Assembly: GCA_017500855.1 (NCBI GenBank)
Contig: JAFVYC010000003.1
Location: forward strand, 70,442-134,441
Direction: 5' to 3'
Source: Clostridia bacterium
GTDB lineage: Bacteria; Bacillota; Clostridia; Christensenellales; CAG-314
DNA: 64,000 nucleotides
Made by a program: the position numbers and the translations under genes. How positions within the stretch are numbered: position 1 is the stretch's first letter; each line of letters starts with the position of its first letter. Below are positions 20,201 to 28,786 of the stretch, in pieces. Below the pieces are notes generated by a model that saw only the letters and a program-made list of their open reading frames with translations, searched no databases and had not been told where the DNA came from.

Positions 20201-20797
20201 TTGGTAAGTTCAGCATTGGACAAACTGTACTTGGACATCCATCAGGAAGAACAGCAAGTTATTTTGCAAAACGACGAGCGTTCCACCGTTGGCAAAATCG
20301 ACGACCCCGCAGCCGTTGGCACAGCCTACCACATTGTGTTGCAGTATGCGCCATTTGGTAGCAACGTGGAGCAAATTCAAAACGTCATCAACAGCCTTGT
20401 TGCCGATGGCCGTTTGCAGCAAAAGTTTGCCGACCAACTCAACACAAGCGTGCTGTTCAACGTGCTTAACAATGCCGAGTTGGGGCGACTGCTTGAGCAA
20501 GGCAAGGTGTACAGAGAGCAACAGTTCATGCTGTACTTGCCCTACAACCAAGTTGCCGATGGCGCTTTTACCGACAAAGTGATGGTGCAAGGCGTAATCG
20601 ACTTGCTTGTGCTACTGCCAAACAAGGCAATCGTGGTGGACTACAAGCACTCGTCCAGCAACGAAGAACGCTTGCAAAAGAGTTACCAACGCCAACTTGC
20701 AAGCTACAAACTTGCAGTTGAACAAATTTGTGGCATTTCCGACGTTGAGTGCTACATCATGGCAATTGAACAAAACAAACTTGTTGCAATGAAGTAA
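17270..20797 (+). CDS. addA: Helicase-exonuclease AddAB, subunit AddA (UvrD/Rep helicase + nuclease)
   Basis: SASAGTGKT Walker A, VDEYQDTNP, MTMHASKGLEFPVV, LLYVAMTRA, and the C-terminal nuclease motif GVIDLL...VDYK. Confidence 0.95.
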   Translation: MTTANEILLNELNKAQKDIVCSTGQDLLVSASAGTGKTRVLTYRIGKLIADGEDISSMVVVTFTKLAAAEMKTRVGAVLAKLPQTPHISEQLEKLDMACISTLHSFCTDLARNYFYIADIDPNFSILDESVCKKLQNSAMQQVVQQYFKSNDEVFGKLYKMLATKRKEQNFLDLLFDLYEKLRCLEDYQAWYQSTLQNFQLDQQNNPLLAFLCKQLKAELQTIARWECQARDFAKMHSIAFFDVLDRNCNALNGVLAQQDLQLVASLADVVLESLPSRNKKGLGDEGLVEEARQLHEKATDLLGKLLKKLEAFKGKTTQQLCQETADFVVYTNKVVEIIGQFDVAYTEAKRNFGGLDFGDLEHVALQILNNDEARRAVHERYKWVFVDEYQDTNPIQEAIVQKIATRGRLFMVGDVKQSIYGFRGCDPTIFVKKKKQIQSGALCGEVHTLGQNFRSNKGILHFVNCVFSQLMTEDFGDIDYKTDGKFTFGTEQQAMLFEHTGAPVVTLELLVDDSDKQVESSKKKGKNGQTDEQQLAESEQSQKLEIYNPTAVENYDQKPTQGKLVLKAIRQHLGKINPKTGERISYGDIVVLTRSMTDKASQIYKELVENNVPVCANFKAEAYLNKEVRELVNLLRVVDNPYNDIFVASCCLSPFGKMSEQELAEVRILSDKHKTAFVESLQHYQQHGKNQALQQKIADFLQLVEDVRFVSRSSTVDVVLLYVLQRTNFHLFVQAFPNGGMRVNKMYTFIDSLKGNNFAQSVDKFIAFLDDSQGEKKADVVFGGDAVRMMTMHASKGLEFPVVILPCLETEFRDDHDAVLLDTELGVSMKHYDFDQMLKWDTVGNFAVTQSIKNKQKQEELRLLYVAMTRAECNLVLVAKTTPQNIQQLPERASACKSHLDWILHALAKLQEQKDATFQQLVQQKYFAQSNNDFVLPNLDGDESASKVKQETDVDKVMQQIGYVYPFQQQQEMPSKLVSSALDKLYLDIHQEEQQVILQNDERSTVGKIDDPAAVGTAYHIVLQYAPFGSNVEQIQNVINSLVADGRLQQKFADQLNTSVLFNVLNNAELGRLLEQGKVYREQQFMLYLPYNQVADGAFTDKVMVQGVIDLLVLLPNKAIVVDYKHSSSNEERLQKSYQRQLASYKLAVEQICGISDVECYIMAIEQNKLVAMK

Positions 20798-21133
20798 AAT
20801 TGGCACCCCGTGTGCCGAAAATCAACGCCAAAACACAAGGAAACATTGCGGAAAAATCCGTTTTGTTTCCTTTTTTTTTGTAAACGTGCGCTTGCATCAA
20901 CCGTACTTGCGCCACAAAGCGCTAGAATAGCAAATGCGCAATGCAACAAAAAAAAGACGATTGCTTTGGAAAATGCGTTTCCCATACAAAACTGCCATTG
21001 CTTTTGCATGTTTGCCATGGAAACAAATTGTTGCAGAAACGTGTTGGCTTTGTCAATTTTGTTGCGCTTTTTTTCTCGTTTTTGTGTAAAAGTTTTTGCA
21101 ACTGTCAACACTTTGCAAAAAACGGAGGTAACC

Positions 21134-21874
21134 ATGAACTACATCTACCAATTCTTTTACTTTCTCAAAACCTACGACAACTTTGTAATGCCAATTTTGT
21201 TTTTGCTTGTTGTGGCGTTTGGGCTTGTCAACTGGCTTTGCAACCCCTATCGCAGGCAAAACAAAAAAATTGCAAAATGTACGGAAAAGTTGTTGCACCC
21301 CAACACTTGCAACGAGCAAAGTTTGCGCATTTTGCCCAAAGAATACCAACGCCAATGGCGTGCCTTCGTGCGTAGTGGCGCAAGCAAACCGTCGCAAACA
21401 ATGGAGTTTGTTCCCTGCAAAAATCCTTTGAGATTTTTGTTGGTGATTGTGCTTGGCGGACTTCTTTCCGTGGGGTACGGGGTGCTGTTTTTTGAAGATT
21501 TCAGCAATACTTCCTACGCTTGGTTTGTGGCTGTGTTTGCCATTTCCCTTGCGCTTGTGTTGATTGTAAACGCACAAATCAACTACTTGAACAAAAAGCA
21601 CGCCCAACAGCGTTTTGCAAAGTTTGTGCTTCAATTGAACAAAAGCGTGACGGGCGAAGAGTTTTCCTTGTCGGCAAAGCGCAAAGCTGTGGACCACGCA
21701 ATTTCCGTTATTGAGCGCAACAAAAGTTGTGCCGAAAAGCAACAAATTGTGCAAAGCGTGGCAGACGTGTTGCGAGAAAAGGGCTTGAACGGCGTGCGCA
21801 CGGCAGATGAACAGCGTCGCATCAATTTGGCAATCAACAACTTGCTTCAAACCTACGCAAGACAAAGCAAGTAG
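21134..21874 (+). CDS. Hypothetical membrane protein (246 aa)
   Basis: GGAGG RBS and three hydrophobic helices. The upstream part of the tracked ORF was discarded. Confidence 0.6.
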   Translation: MNYIYQFFYFLKTYDNFVMPILFLLVVAFGLVNWLCNPYRRQNKKIAKCTEKLLHPNTCNEQSLRILPKEYQRQWRAFVRSGASKPSQTMEFVPCKNPLRFLLVIVLGGLLSVGYGVLFFEDFSNTSYAWFVAVFAISLALVLIVNAQINYLNKKHAQQRFAKFVLQLNKSVTGEEFSLSAKRKAVDHAISVIERNKSCAEKQQIVQSVADVLREKGLNGVRTADEQRRINLAINNLLQTYARQSK

Positions 21875-22048
21875 AAAATTTTGTTCAAAACATTGAAAAG
21901 CACGTTTTGTTGTGGTATAATGTTGTTGGTAGCATTTGCAACAACCAAGTAACGTGGCGTTTTGTCATTGCAATGGGTTGCATTTTTGCAAAAACTACCC
22001 AACACGTGGTGCAAAAACACGCAAATTTCACAACAAACGGGCAAAACA

Positions 22049-23872
22049 ATGAACACAAGCGTAGACCTTCAAACAAAACTGAAAAACCTGCCGGATGAGC
22101 CGGGCGTGTACATCATGTACGATGCCGACGGCAACATTTTGTATGTCGGCAAGGCAAAAGTGCTAAAAAACCGTGTGCGCCAGTACTTCCACGCATCCAC
22201 CAACAAAACGGAAAAGGTGCTTGCAATGCTCAGCCACGTTGCCGATTTCAAGTACATCATCACGGCAAGCGAAGCCGATGCATTGAGCCTTGAAAACACG
22301 CTCATCAAAAAGCACACCCCGCCCTACAACATTTTGCTGAAGGACGACAAGCAGTACCCCTACATCAAAGTGGATTTGAAGGCGGATTTCCCCAAGTTTG
22401 TGTCCACTCGCAAACTTGCCAAGGACAAATTCAAGTACTTTGGCCCCATCACGCAAGGTGGCGCACGTGCCTTTTTGGACATTTTGGGCACGGCTTTTCC
22501 AACCATCACTTGCAACCACAATTTTGCAAAACTTCCCAAAAATTTCCGACCTTGTTTGAACTACCACATTGGCAAATGCCCAGCCCCGTGTGTGGGAAAA
22601 ATTTCCAAAGCCGACTACAAAAAGATTGTTGACCGTGCTGTTGCCTTTTTGCAAGGGGACGACAGCATCGTCAAGCAAGTGCTCACACAAAAAATGCTTG
22701 ATGCCAGCGAAAAAATGCTGTACGAACAGGCGCTCACCTACAAGCGCTACTTGGAATTGATTGACAAAATTTCCCAACAACGCATTGTGGTGCTAAACAA
22801 ACTTGTCAACTACGACGTGTTTGCTGTGGCAAGCAACGGCAAAAACACCGTTGTCAACCACACCATGATTCGTGGCGGAAAAGTTGTGCTTTCGGAAAAC
22901 ATGGCTGTTAGCGATGCCGGCATCAGCGAGCAACAAACACTTGCAAGTTTTTTGTTGGAGTACTGCCAAATGGTGCAACTTTGTGGCGAAATCTACACAA
23001 ACGTTCCATTGCCGGATGCAACCGACCTTTCGCAAATTCTCACAGCGCACCGTGGCGAAAAAACAACTGTTTTCCATCCACAACGTGGTGACAAACGCCG
23101 TCTTGCCGACATGGCGTATCGCAATGCTGTGGAATTTTTGACCAAGAGCCAAAGCGCAATCGACAAGCAATTCGAAAGCACGCAAGGCGCAGTTTTGCAA
23201 CTAAAGCAAATGCTCGACCTTGCAATTTTGCCCACACGCATCGAGTGTTTCGACATTTCCAACATTTCCGGTGTGGACAAGGTTGCCAGCATGACGGTGT
23301 TCACAAACGGACAAAAAGACACTTCGCAGTACAGGCGTTTTCGCATCAAAACTGTGGAAGGCGCCAACGACTTTGCCAGCATGAAGGAAGTGCTTGTGCG
23401 CAGGTTTTTGCGCATGCAAACGGACGAGGATTTTGGCAAAAAGCCGGATCTCATCGTTGTGGATGGTGGCCTTGGGCAACTTTCCTACGCAAAGCAAGCA
23501 ATGGACGAATGTGGTGTGGACGTGCAAATCGTTTCCCTTGCCGAAAGGGAAGAACTTGTGTACACACTCAGGAACAACCAACCAATTTTCCTTCCACGCA
23601 ACAGCTACGCATTGCATTTGCTCACCAACATTCGTGACGAGGCGCACCGTTTTGCCATCACCTATTTCCGCAAACTTCACGGCAAAAATGCCATCAAGTC
23701 GGTTTTGCAGGAAGTGGATGGCATTGGCGAAAAACGTCGCATTGCGCTTCACCGACATTTCAAAACAATGGACAACTTGCAACAAGCAACTGTGGAACAA
23801 ATTGCGCAAGTGCCCACAATGACCAAAACTTCTGCGCAAAAACTGTTCAACTACTTGCACGGATTGGACTAG
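22049..23872 (+). CDS. uvrC: Excinuclease ABC subunit C
   Basis: GIY-YIG N-terminus (PGVYIMYDADGNILYVGKAKVLKNRVRQYF), a UVR domain, an endonuclease V-like domain and a C-terminal HhH region. Confidence 0.95.
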   Translation: MNTSVDLQTKLKNLPDEPGVYIMYDADGNILYVGKAKVLKNRVRQYFHASTNKTEKVLAMLSHVADFKYIITASEADALSLENTLIKKHTPPYNILLKDDKQYPYIKVDLKADFPKFVSTRKLAKDKFKYFGPITQGGARAFLDILGTAFPTITCNHNFAKLPKNFRPCLNYHIGKCPAPCVGKISKADYKKIVDRAVAFLQGDDSIVKQVLTQKMLDASEKMLYEQALTYKRYLELIDKISQQRIVVLNKLVNYDVFAVASNGKNTVVNHTMIRGGKVVLSENMAVSDAGISEQQTLASFLLEYCQMVQLCGEIYTNVPLPDATDLSQILTAHRGEKTTVFHPQRGDKRRLADMAYRNAVEFLTKSQSAIDKQFESTQGAVLQLKQMLDLAILPTRIECFDISNISGVDKVASMTVFTNGQKDTSQYRRFRIKTVEGANDFASMKEVLVRRFLRMQTDEDFGKKPDLIVVDGGLGQLSYAKQAMDECGVDVQIVSLAEREELVYTLRNNQPIFLPRNSYALHLLTNIRDEAHRFAITYFRKLHGKNAIKSVLQEVDGIGEKRRIALHRHFKTMDNLQQATVEQIAQVPTMTKTSAQKLFNYLHGLD

Positions 23873-23905
23873 ACGACAACAAAACTCTACTTCAAAAAAA
23901 AACAA

Positions 23906-23940
23906 AAAGCAAGCGCTATTTCGCACTTGCTTTTTTTTTA
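23906..23940 (+). terminator. Intrinsic terminator of uvrC
   Basis: AAAGCAAG...CTTGCTTT stem followed by T9. Confidence 0.6.
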
Positions 23941-24013
23941 CACAATGAACTATTTTATTTTTTTCGCTCTTGTTTTGTTGGGACAACGTCTGCTACCACT
24001 AAAAAATCCGTTT

Positions 24014-24048
24014 GCAATGCAATTTCGCAACACGCATCGCCATTTTTG
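24014..24048 (+). repeat. Copy 1 of a 35-bp direct repeat GCAATGCA(A/T)TTTC(G/A)CAACACG(C/T)ATCGCCATTTTTG
   Basis: Hand alignment with 24345-24379 shows 3 mismatches. Confidence 0.7.
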
Positions 24049-24344
24049 TACACGTGAGCAGTCTTTTGCGTTTTTTTTTGCAAACTACCCTCCAATTGCA
24101 CGCTTGTCGTGTTCCCCTTTGAACTGTTTGTCTTTTGCGCAGGTTGCATTATTTTACAAAAACTACAATTTTCCACACACGCCTGCGTGGTTTTTGCCTT
24201 CTTCTTGCTCACTAGTAAGCAATAATGGCTATTTTCTCGCAACAAGGTGAAATTTCAAACAAAATTTCAACACACGTAAGTTTTTTTTTAACAACAATCT
24301 TTTTGCAAATTCCACTTCCATCAATGCCAAAATGCACGTTTCCA

Positions 24345-24379
24345 GCAATGCATTTTCACAACACGTATCGCCATTTTTG
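24345..24379 (+). repeat. Copy 2 of the 35-bp direct repeat
   Basis: See 24014-24048. Confidence 0.7.
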
Positions 24380-24397
24380 CATTCATATTGGCTTTTA

Positions 24398-24421
24398 ACT
24401 ACTACTACTACTACTACTACT
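24398..24421 (+). repeat. Trinucleotide microsatellite (ACT)8
   Basis: Eight perfect tandem ACT units in non-coding DNA. Confidence 0.95.
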
Positions 24422-24556
24422 TTTTACTAAACACATTTTGCGCAACACGCACAAACACGAACTACTACTTGTCATTCAACGTCAAATCTTGCCAAACGTT
24501 CCAAGTTTTTCCACAAAATCGCACCCCTGTGTGCAAAAACCGTGCCGTACGTGGTG

Positions 24557-24595
24557 TAAAAAAAAGAACACTTCGGTTGTTTACCGAAATGTTCT
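24557..24595 (-). terminator. Intrinsic terminator of dnaN
   Basis: 12-bp stem AGAACATTTCGG / CCGAAGTGTTCT (1 mismatch) followed by U8 on the minus strand. Confidence 0.7.
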
Positions 24596-24609
24596 TGGGT
24601 GGTTGTTGT

Positions 24610-25716
24610 TTAGCCAATTTGTTTTACCGGCAAAATGAAGTACAGCACTTCGTCGCTTCCGTTGATGGTGATCACGCAACTGTTGTGCAATGCAAATTCC
24701 ATCTTGATGGTTTCCGCATCAATAACTTTCAAGCAGTCGTTGATGTACTTTGCGTTGTAGGCGCATCTCACATCCTTGCCTCTCAACGAAACCGTCACGT
24801 TTTCTTTGATGGTACCGTATTGGCTGGTGGAAGAAATGTTCATGCAGTATTCTTCAATGTCCAACAAAACAAGGTTGTTTTTGTCGCCACGGCTCATGAT
24901 GGACGCTGTGTTCAAGGATTTTTCAAAGTTTTCCTTGTTTACAACAAGCGTGGAAACAAATTCCTTGGGGATGATGTTGTCGTACTTGATGTACTGGCCG
25001 TTGATGAGCAAGCGTGTCATCAGCCTTGTGTTTTCCAAGCTAACCATCAAGTAGCTTTTGTCAATGTGCACTTTGATTACGTTTTCGCTGTCGCCAAGCA
25101 ACTTTGCAAGTTCGTTCAAACTACGGCTGGGAACTGTTGCCGTGATGCGTGGCGTTTTTTCTTCCAAAGCCTTTTTGCTCATTGCAAAACGGTAGCCGTC
25201 GGTTGCAACTGCTGTCAACGTGTAGTTTTCCGCTTCGAAGTTTACGCCCTTCAACATTGGTCTGGTGTCGTCGGTTGCAACTGCAAAAATAACGTTGTTG
25301 ATTATTTCCTTCAAGCTGGATTCTTGCACGGCAAAGTAGTTGGGGCCACCAATTTCTTCCATTTCGGGGTAGTCGTCCAAATCCAACGTTGCAATGTTGC
25401 ATTCGCTTCCGCTTGTGCAAATTTCAAGGCGGTTTTCGTCCGTCATTTCAAGGGAAATGTCCGTTTCGTTTGCAATACTACGGATGTAGTCGCAAAAAAC
25501 ACGGCCGGGCACCAAAAACGCACCGCTAACAATAACGTTGGCGTCGATGGTCTTTTCAATTGCAAGGTCTTTGTCGGTGGCAAACAACGTCATCTTGTCG
25601 TTTTCCGCAGTAACCTTTATGCATTCCAACACAGGCGAAACGTCTCTACTGGGCAATGCCTTGGAAACTTTTGCAATTGCTTCGTTCAAATCCAATCCAT
25701 TAACAATAATCTTCAT
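24610..25716 (-). CDS. dnaN: DNA polymerase III beta sliding clamp
   Basis: 368 aa, MKIIVNGLDLNEAIAKVSKALP..., with a three-domain clamp pattern. GGAGAG RBS. Confidence 0.95.
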   Translation of the reverse strand: MKIIVNGLDLNEAIAKVSKALPSRDVSPVLECIKVTAENDKMTLFATDKDLAIEKTIDANVIVSGAFLVPGRVFCDYIRSIANETDISLEMTDENRLEICTSGSECNIATLDLDDYPEMEEIGGPNYFAVQESSLKEIINNVIFAVATDDTRPMLKGVNFEAENYTLTAVATDGYRFAMSKKALEEKTPRITATVPSRSLNELAKLLGDSENVIKVHIDKSYLMVSLENTRLMTRLLINGQYIKYDNIIPKEFVSTLVVNKENFEKSLNTASIMSRGDKNNLVLLDIEEYCMNISSTSQYGTIKENVTVSLRGKDVRCAYNAKYINDCLKVIDAETIKMEFALHNSCVITINGSDEVLYFILPVKQIG

Positions 25717-25793
25717 GTCGCTCTCCTTTGCTTGCACAACACAAACAAGTAAATTCTTTCTTCAGGTAGTAGTAATGTTAGGCTTTGTGAAAT

Positions 25794-25953
25794 TGTGGAC
25801 AACTGCCTCTCACGCACCGCAAACCCCACATATAGGCAATTTTGCACGGCAAAGCACCCAAATGTTGTGGTATGTTGCGCATAGGTGTTGTGAACAACTG
25901 CTGTGGATAACCTTGAAAAGGTGTTGAAAGTTTGTGAACAACTTTGTGGGCAA
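25794..25953 (+). promoter_or_regulatory. DnaA-box cluster upstream of dnaN
   Basis: TGTGGACAA (25794-25802, 1 mismatch) and TGTGGATAA (25902-25910, perfect). TGTGAACAA at 25889-25897 and 25933-25941, and TGTGGGCAA at 25945-25953, each have 2 mismatches. An AT-rich stretch follows at about 26020-26090. Confidence 0.5.
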
Positions 25954-26214
25954 CGCAAAACCGCCCTTGCCCAAGCGCCAAAAAACACAAAAATCCACGG
26001 CAAACCCACGCCCAAAAAGTTGTAGTTTTCTCGTACTTATATTATACCACAAACAGCATAAAATAGCAATAACTACACCTATGTTTCCCATGTAAAGTTG
26101 CAATTTTTTGCGCTCAAACAATGTTCTTTGGGCTCGATTGCGCACCTTGCGCTCAAAAAGCACGCAAAAATGCAACACTTTTGTTTCAAAACCGAAAATA
26201 TTTTGCAAAAATTG

Positions 26215-26243
26215 TTGAAATACTGTGGTTTTTGTGGTAGAAT
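26215..26243 (+). promoter_or_regulatory. Sigma-A-type promoter of the degV-family gene
   Basis: TTGAAA, 17-nt spacer, TAGAAT. Confidence 0.5.
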
Positions 26244-26314
26244 AGGAAAGTATAAACGGCAAAGGAAAAGGATTGTGCATTTTTTCCTTTTCAGTTGCCC
26301 GGAGGAGGACAAAA

Positions 26315-27193
26315 ATGAGCGTTCTAATTTGCGATGCCGATGGCGAACTTTGGTACACCAGACAGGAAGAATTGAACCTAGACTACATTTCCATGCCCTA
26401 TTCCTACGGCGGGGAAGAGTACTACTACGACCTTGGCAAAAACACAGATTTCAAAAAGTTCTACGCAACCGTTCGTGCAGGCGAAGTGCCCAAAACAATG
26501 GCGTTGAACCCCGAAGAATACAAGGATATTTTGGAAAAGTATTTCAGCAAGGGAGAAGACGTGCTGTACGTAAGTTTTTCCCACGCAATGAGTGGCACTT
26601 TCAACCACCTGCAAACGGCGCTTTCCGCCTTGAAGGAAAAGTACCCCGAGCGCAAATGCACCGTGTTCAACACAAATTCCATTTCCCTTGGTGCAGGCAT
26701 ACAAATGGAGTACGCTGCCGAACTAAAAAACAAGGGCGCATCCGACGAGGAAATTTTGGCGTTTTTGCAAGATTTCACACATCGCATTGCAATGTACTTT
26801 GTTGTGGATGACCTGATGCACCTCAAGCGTGGTGGCAGGCTTTCCGGACTTGCAGCATTTGCCGGCACGTTGATGTCGCTAAAACCCATTCTCACCACCG
26901 ACGAAAACGGTGGCCTTGGCGTAAAGGAAAAAGTTGTTGGCAAAAAGAAGGCAATGTCTGCTTTGGTAAACAAAGTTGTTGCCGACCTAACCGGCACGCA
27001 GTATCGTGTGTACGTTGCCGATGCCGATTGCCCAGAGGATGGCGACGCCATTGCCAAAGCCATTGCGGAAAAACGCCCCGATGCGCAAATTGTGCGCCAA
27101 ACAATTGGCCCGGTTATTGGCTCTCACTGTGGCCCCGGCACAGTTGGTGTAATTTTCGTTGCCGACCAACGCCCCATCCCACTCAAACAGTAG
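26315..27193 (+). CDS. DegV family fatty-acid-binding protein
   Basis: Family-typical LYVSFSHAMSGTFN, MYFVVDDLMHLKRGGRLS and GPVIGSHCGPGTVGV. GGAGGAGG RBS. Confidence 0.9.
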   Translation: MSVLICDADGELWYTRQEELNLDYISMPYSYGGEEYYYDLGKNTDFKKFYATVRAGEVPKTMALNPEEYKDILEKYFSKGEDVLYVSFSHAMSGTFNHLQTALSALKEKYPERKCTVFNTNSISLGAGIQMEYAAELKNKGASDEEILAFLQDFTHRIAMYFVVDDLMHLKRGGRLSGLAAFAGTLMSLKPILTTDENGGLGVKEKVVGKKKAMSALVNKVVADLTGTQYRVYVADADCPEDGDAIAKAIAEKRPDAQIVRQTIGPVIGSHCGPGTVGVIFVADQRPIPLKQ

Positions 27194-27214
27194 TTCAAAA
27201 CACAAAAAAAAACC

Positions 27215-27246
27215 AAGTCGGTTGCATTGCAACCGACTTTTTTAAT
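27215..27246 (+). terminator. Intrinsic terminator
   Basis: AAGTCGGTTGC / GCAACCGACTT stem followed by a T-run. Confidence 0.8.
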
Positions 27247-27295
27247 AGTGAAAAAATAACCCCAAAATTTCGTGAGAATAAAAACGGCAAAAGTA

Positions 27296-27323
27296 TTGAC
27301 AAACGCAAATTCCATGTTACAAT
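27296..27323 (+). promoter_or_regulatory. Sigma-A-type promoter
   Basis: TTGACA, 16-nt spacer, TACAAT, with TG at the extended -10 position. Confidence 0.6.
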
Positions 27324-27329
27324 GAAATT

Positions 27330-27407
27330 AGGCAAGCCAATCTGTTGCCCAGTTTCCACAACAGATTTCACAAGGCAAACCGCTTGAAAAAAGTGGTTTG
27401 CTTTTCC
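27330..27407 (+). ncRNA. Candidate ~78-nt small RNA or attenuated leader
   Basis: A promoter is immediately upstream. Hairpin 1 is AATCTGTTG / CAACAGATT (27339-27367). Hairpin 2 is GCAAACCGC / GTGGTTTGC followed by a T-run (27375-27407). The next start codon is 120 nt further on. Confidence 0.4.
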
Positions 27408-27528
27408 ATTTAGAAATGCATTTCTCTTTACATCCGCCTCTCAATTTTGTTGCAGGTCCTTTTTTGCGCCCAAAAACAAACAGCAGGGGGCGGAAAAACA
27501 ACAAAACAATTTAACAAGGAGAAAGTAA

Positions 27529-28770
27529 ATGACACAAACAAACAAAACAAGGGTTCTTTTGCAAGTGGACTACTTGACCAAAAAAGTTTTGGGGTTTCAA
27601 CTTTACAGCGGAGACGGCAAAGGGGTTTCTTGCTATGTGGACGATCTGGACTTTTTGCAAAACGCCCACAAGCGTGGCGTTGACTTGTTTTGGGTAAACA
27701 AACATCTTGTTGAACGCCCAAAACAGCACGAAGACTTTTACGACAAAAAGTTTGCGCTAGAGCAAAAATTGCAAACCCTAAAAAAGCAAGAAAGAGCCTG
27801 CTATTTGCAGTACGTAAAACAAAACCATTGCAAACAGTCTCAACAACGCTTGGTAGAATGCACCGTGCAAAAGCAACAAACCATTTTGCAGTTGCAAAAA
27901 TTGGTAAAGCAAAGAAACAACCAAATACGCAACCATGTGTACGCAAAATTGCAAAAAACCAAGTTCAAACACTACGTGTCCATTTGTCTCATCATCAAGG
28001 ACGACAACGAGTACTTGGAAGAATGGCTAAATTGGCACGTTGCGCAGGGCGTGGAACATTTTTACATCTACGACCATGGTAGCAAAACACCAGTTTCGGA
28101 GTTTATGCAAACTTTGCCCCAAAGCCTTCAACAAAAAGTAACCGTCCACAACTTTGGTGGCAAGCACGATTTTGCTCAGCACGATGCGTACAATCGCTGT
28201 TTGAAAAAGTACAAAACGGAAAGTCGTTGGATTGGCTTTGTCGATTCGGACGAAATGGTGCGTGTGAAAGACGGTCGCTCCCTTCCGGAGTTTTTGAAAG
28301 ACTACCAAGATTTTGCAGGCGTGTTTCTTGGCTGGATAACCTACAATGCCAACGGGCAAGCAGTCAAGGGCAAGCAACCCGTGCGGGAAAGGTTCCCCAA
28401 CCCGTCACCTTTCAACAATCAGGTTGGCGTTGGCAAAGTGTTTGTTCAGCCCTACTGCATGCAACAAATGCTAACACACAACGGCTACCCCGTGGACGGA
28501 TTTTCCATTGTAGACGAGAACAAAGCCAAAGTAAAAGATGGCGAGGCGTGGCACCAAAATCTAACAACAAACATTGCTTGCATCGACCACTACTACACCA
28601 AATCTTACGAGGAGTGGGTAGAGAAAATAACCCGTGGTTCTTGCGACCCCTACTACACAAGAAAGTACTACGAGTTTTTCTTGTACAACCCCGAGCTCAT
28701 CCACTGCAAGGCAAGTGTGGCGCCTGTGCAAAAGTACGAAGCTACCACACAAAAAACATCAAAAATATAG
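27529..28770 (+). CDS. Glycosyltransferase (GT92 / Glyco_tranf_2_4-like) with a ~150-aa coiled-coil-like N-terminal extension
   Basis: ICLIIKDDNEYLEEWLNWHVAQGVEHFYIYDHGS and the DSDE (DxD) motif. AAGGAGAAAG RBS. Confidence 0.8.
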   Translation: MTQTNKTRVLLQVDYLTKKVLGFQLYSGDGKGVSCYVDDLDFLQNAHKRGVDLFWVNKHLVERPKQHEDFYDKKFALEQKLQTLKKQERACYLQYVKQNHCKQSQQRLVECTVQKQQTILQLQKLVKQRNNQIRNHVYAKLQKTKFKHYVSICLIIKDDNEYLEEWLNWHVAQGVEHFYIYDHGSKTPVSEFMQTLPQSLQQKVTVHNFGGKHDFAQHDAYNRCLKKYKTESRWIGFVDSDEMVRVKDGRSLPEFLKDYQDFAGVFLGWITYNANGQAVKGKQPVRERFPNPSPFNNQVGVGKVFVQPYCMQQMLTHNGYPVDGFSIVDENKAKVKDGEAWHQNLTTNIACIDHYYTKSYEEWVEKITRGSCDPYYTRKYYEFFLYNPELIHCKASVAPVQKYEATTQKTSKI

Positions 28771-28786
28771 AATAAGGAGAAAATTT

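Noticed and set aside
24388-25752. Long antisense ORFs opposite real genes. Examples: 24388-25752 (+) opposite dnaN, 5376-6392 (-) opposite ftsH, 15375-17018 (-) opposite addB, 19046-20185 (-) opposite addA, 36991-38259 (-) opposite ychF, 51809-53179 (-), 60950-62575 (-).
   Set aside because: The translations are low-complexity and rich in V/F/C/H/G, with no motifs. They exist because the A+C-rich sense strands leave few stop codons on the complement. In every case the opposite strand encodes a clearly conserved protein.
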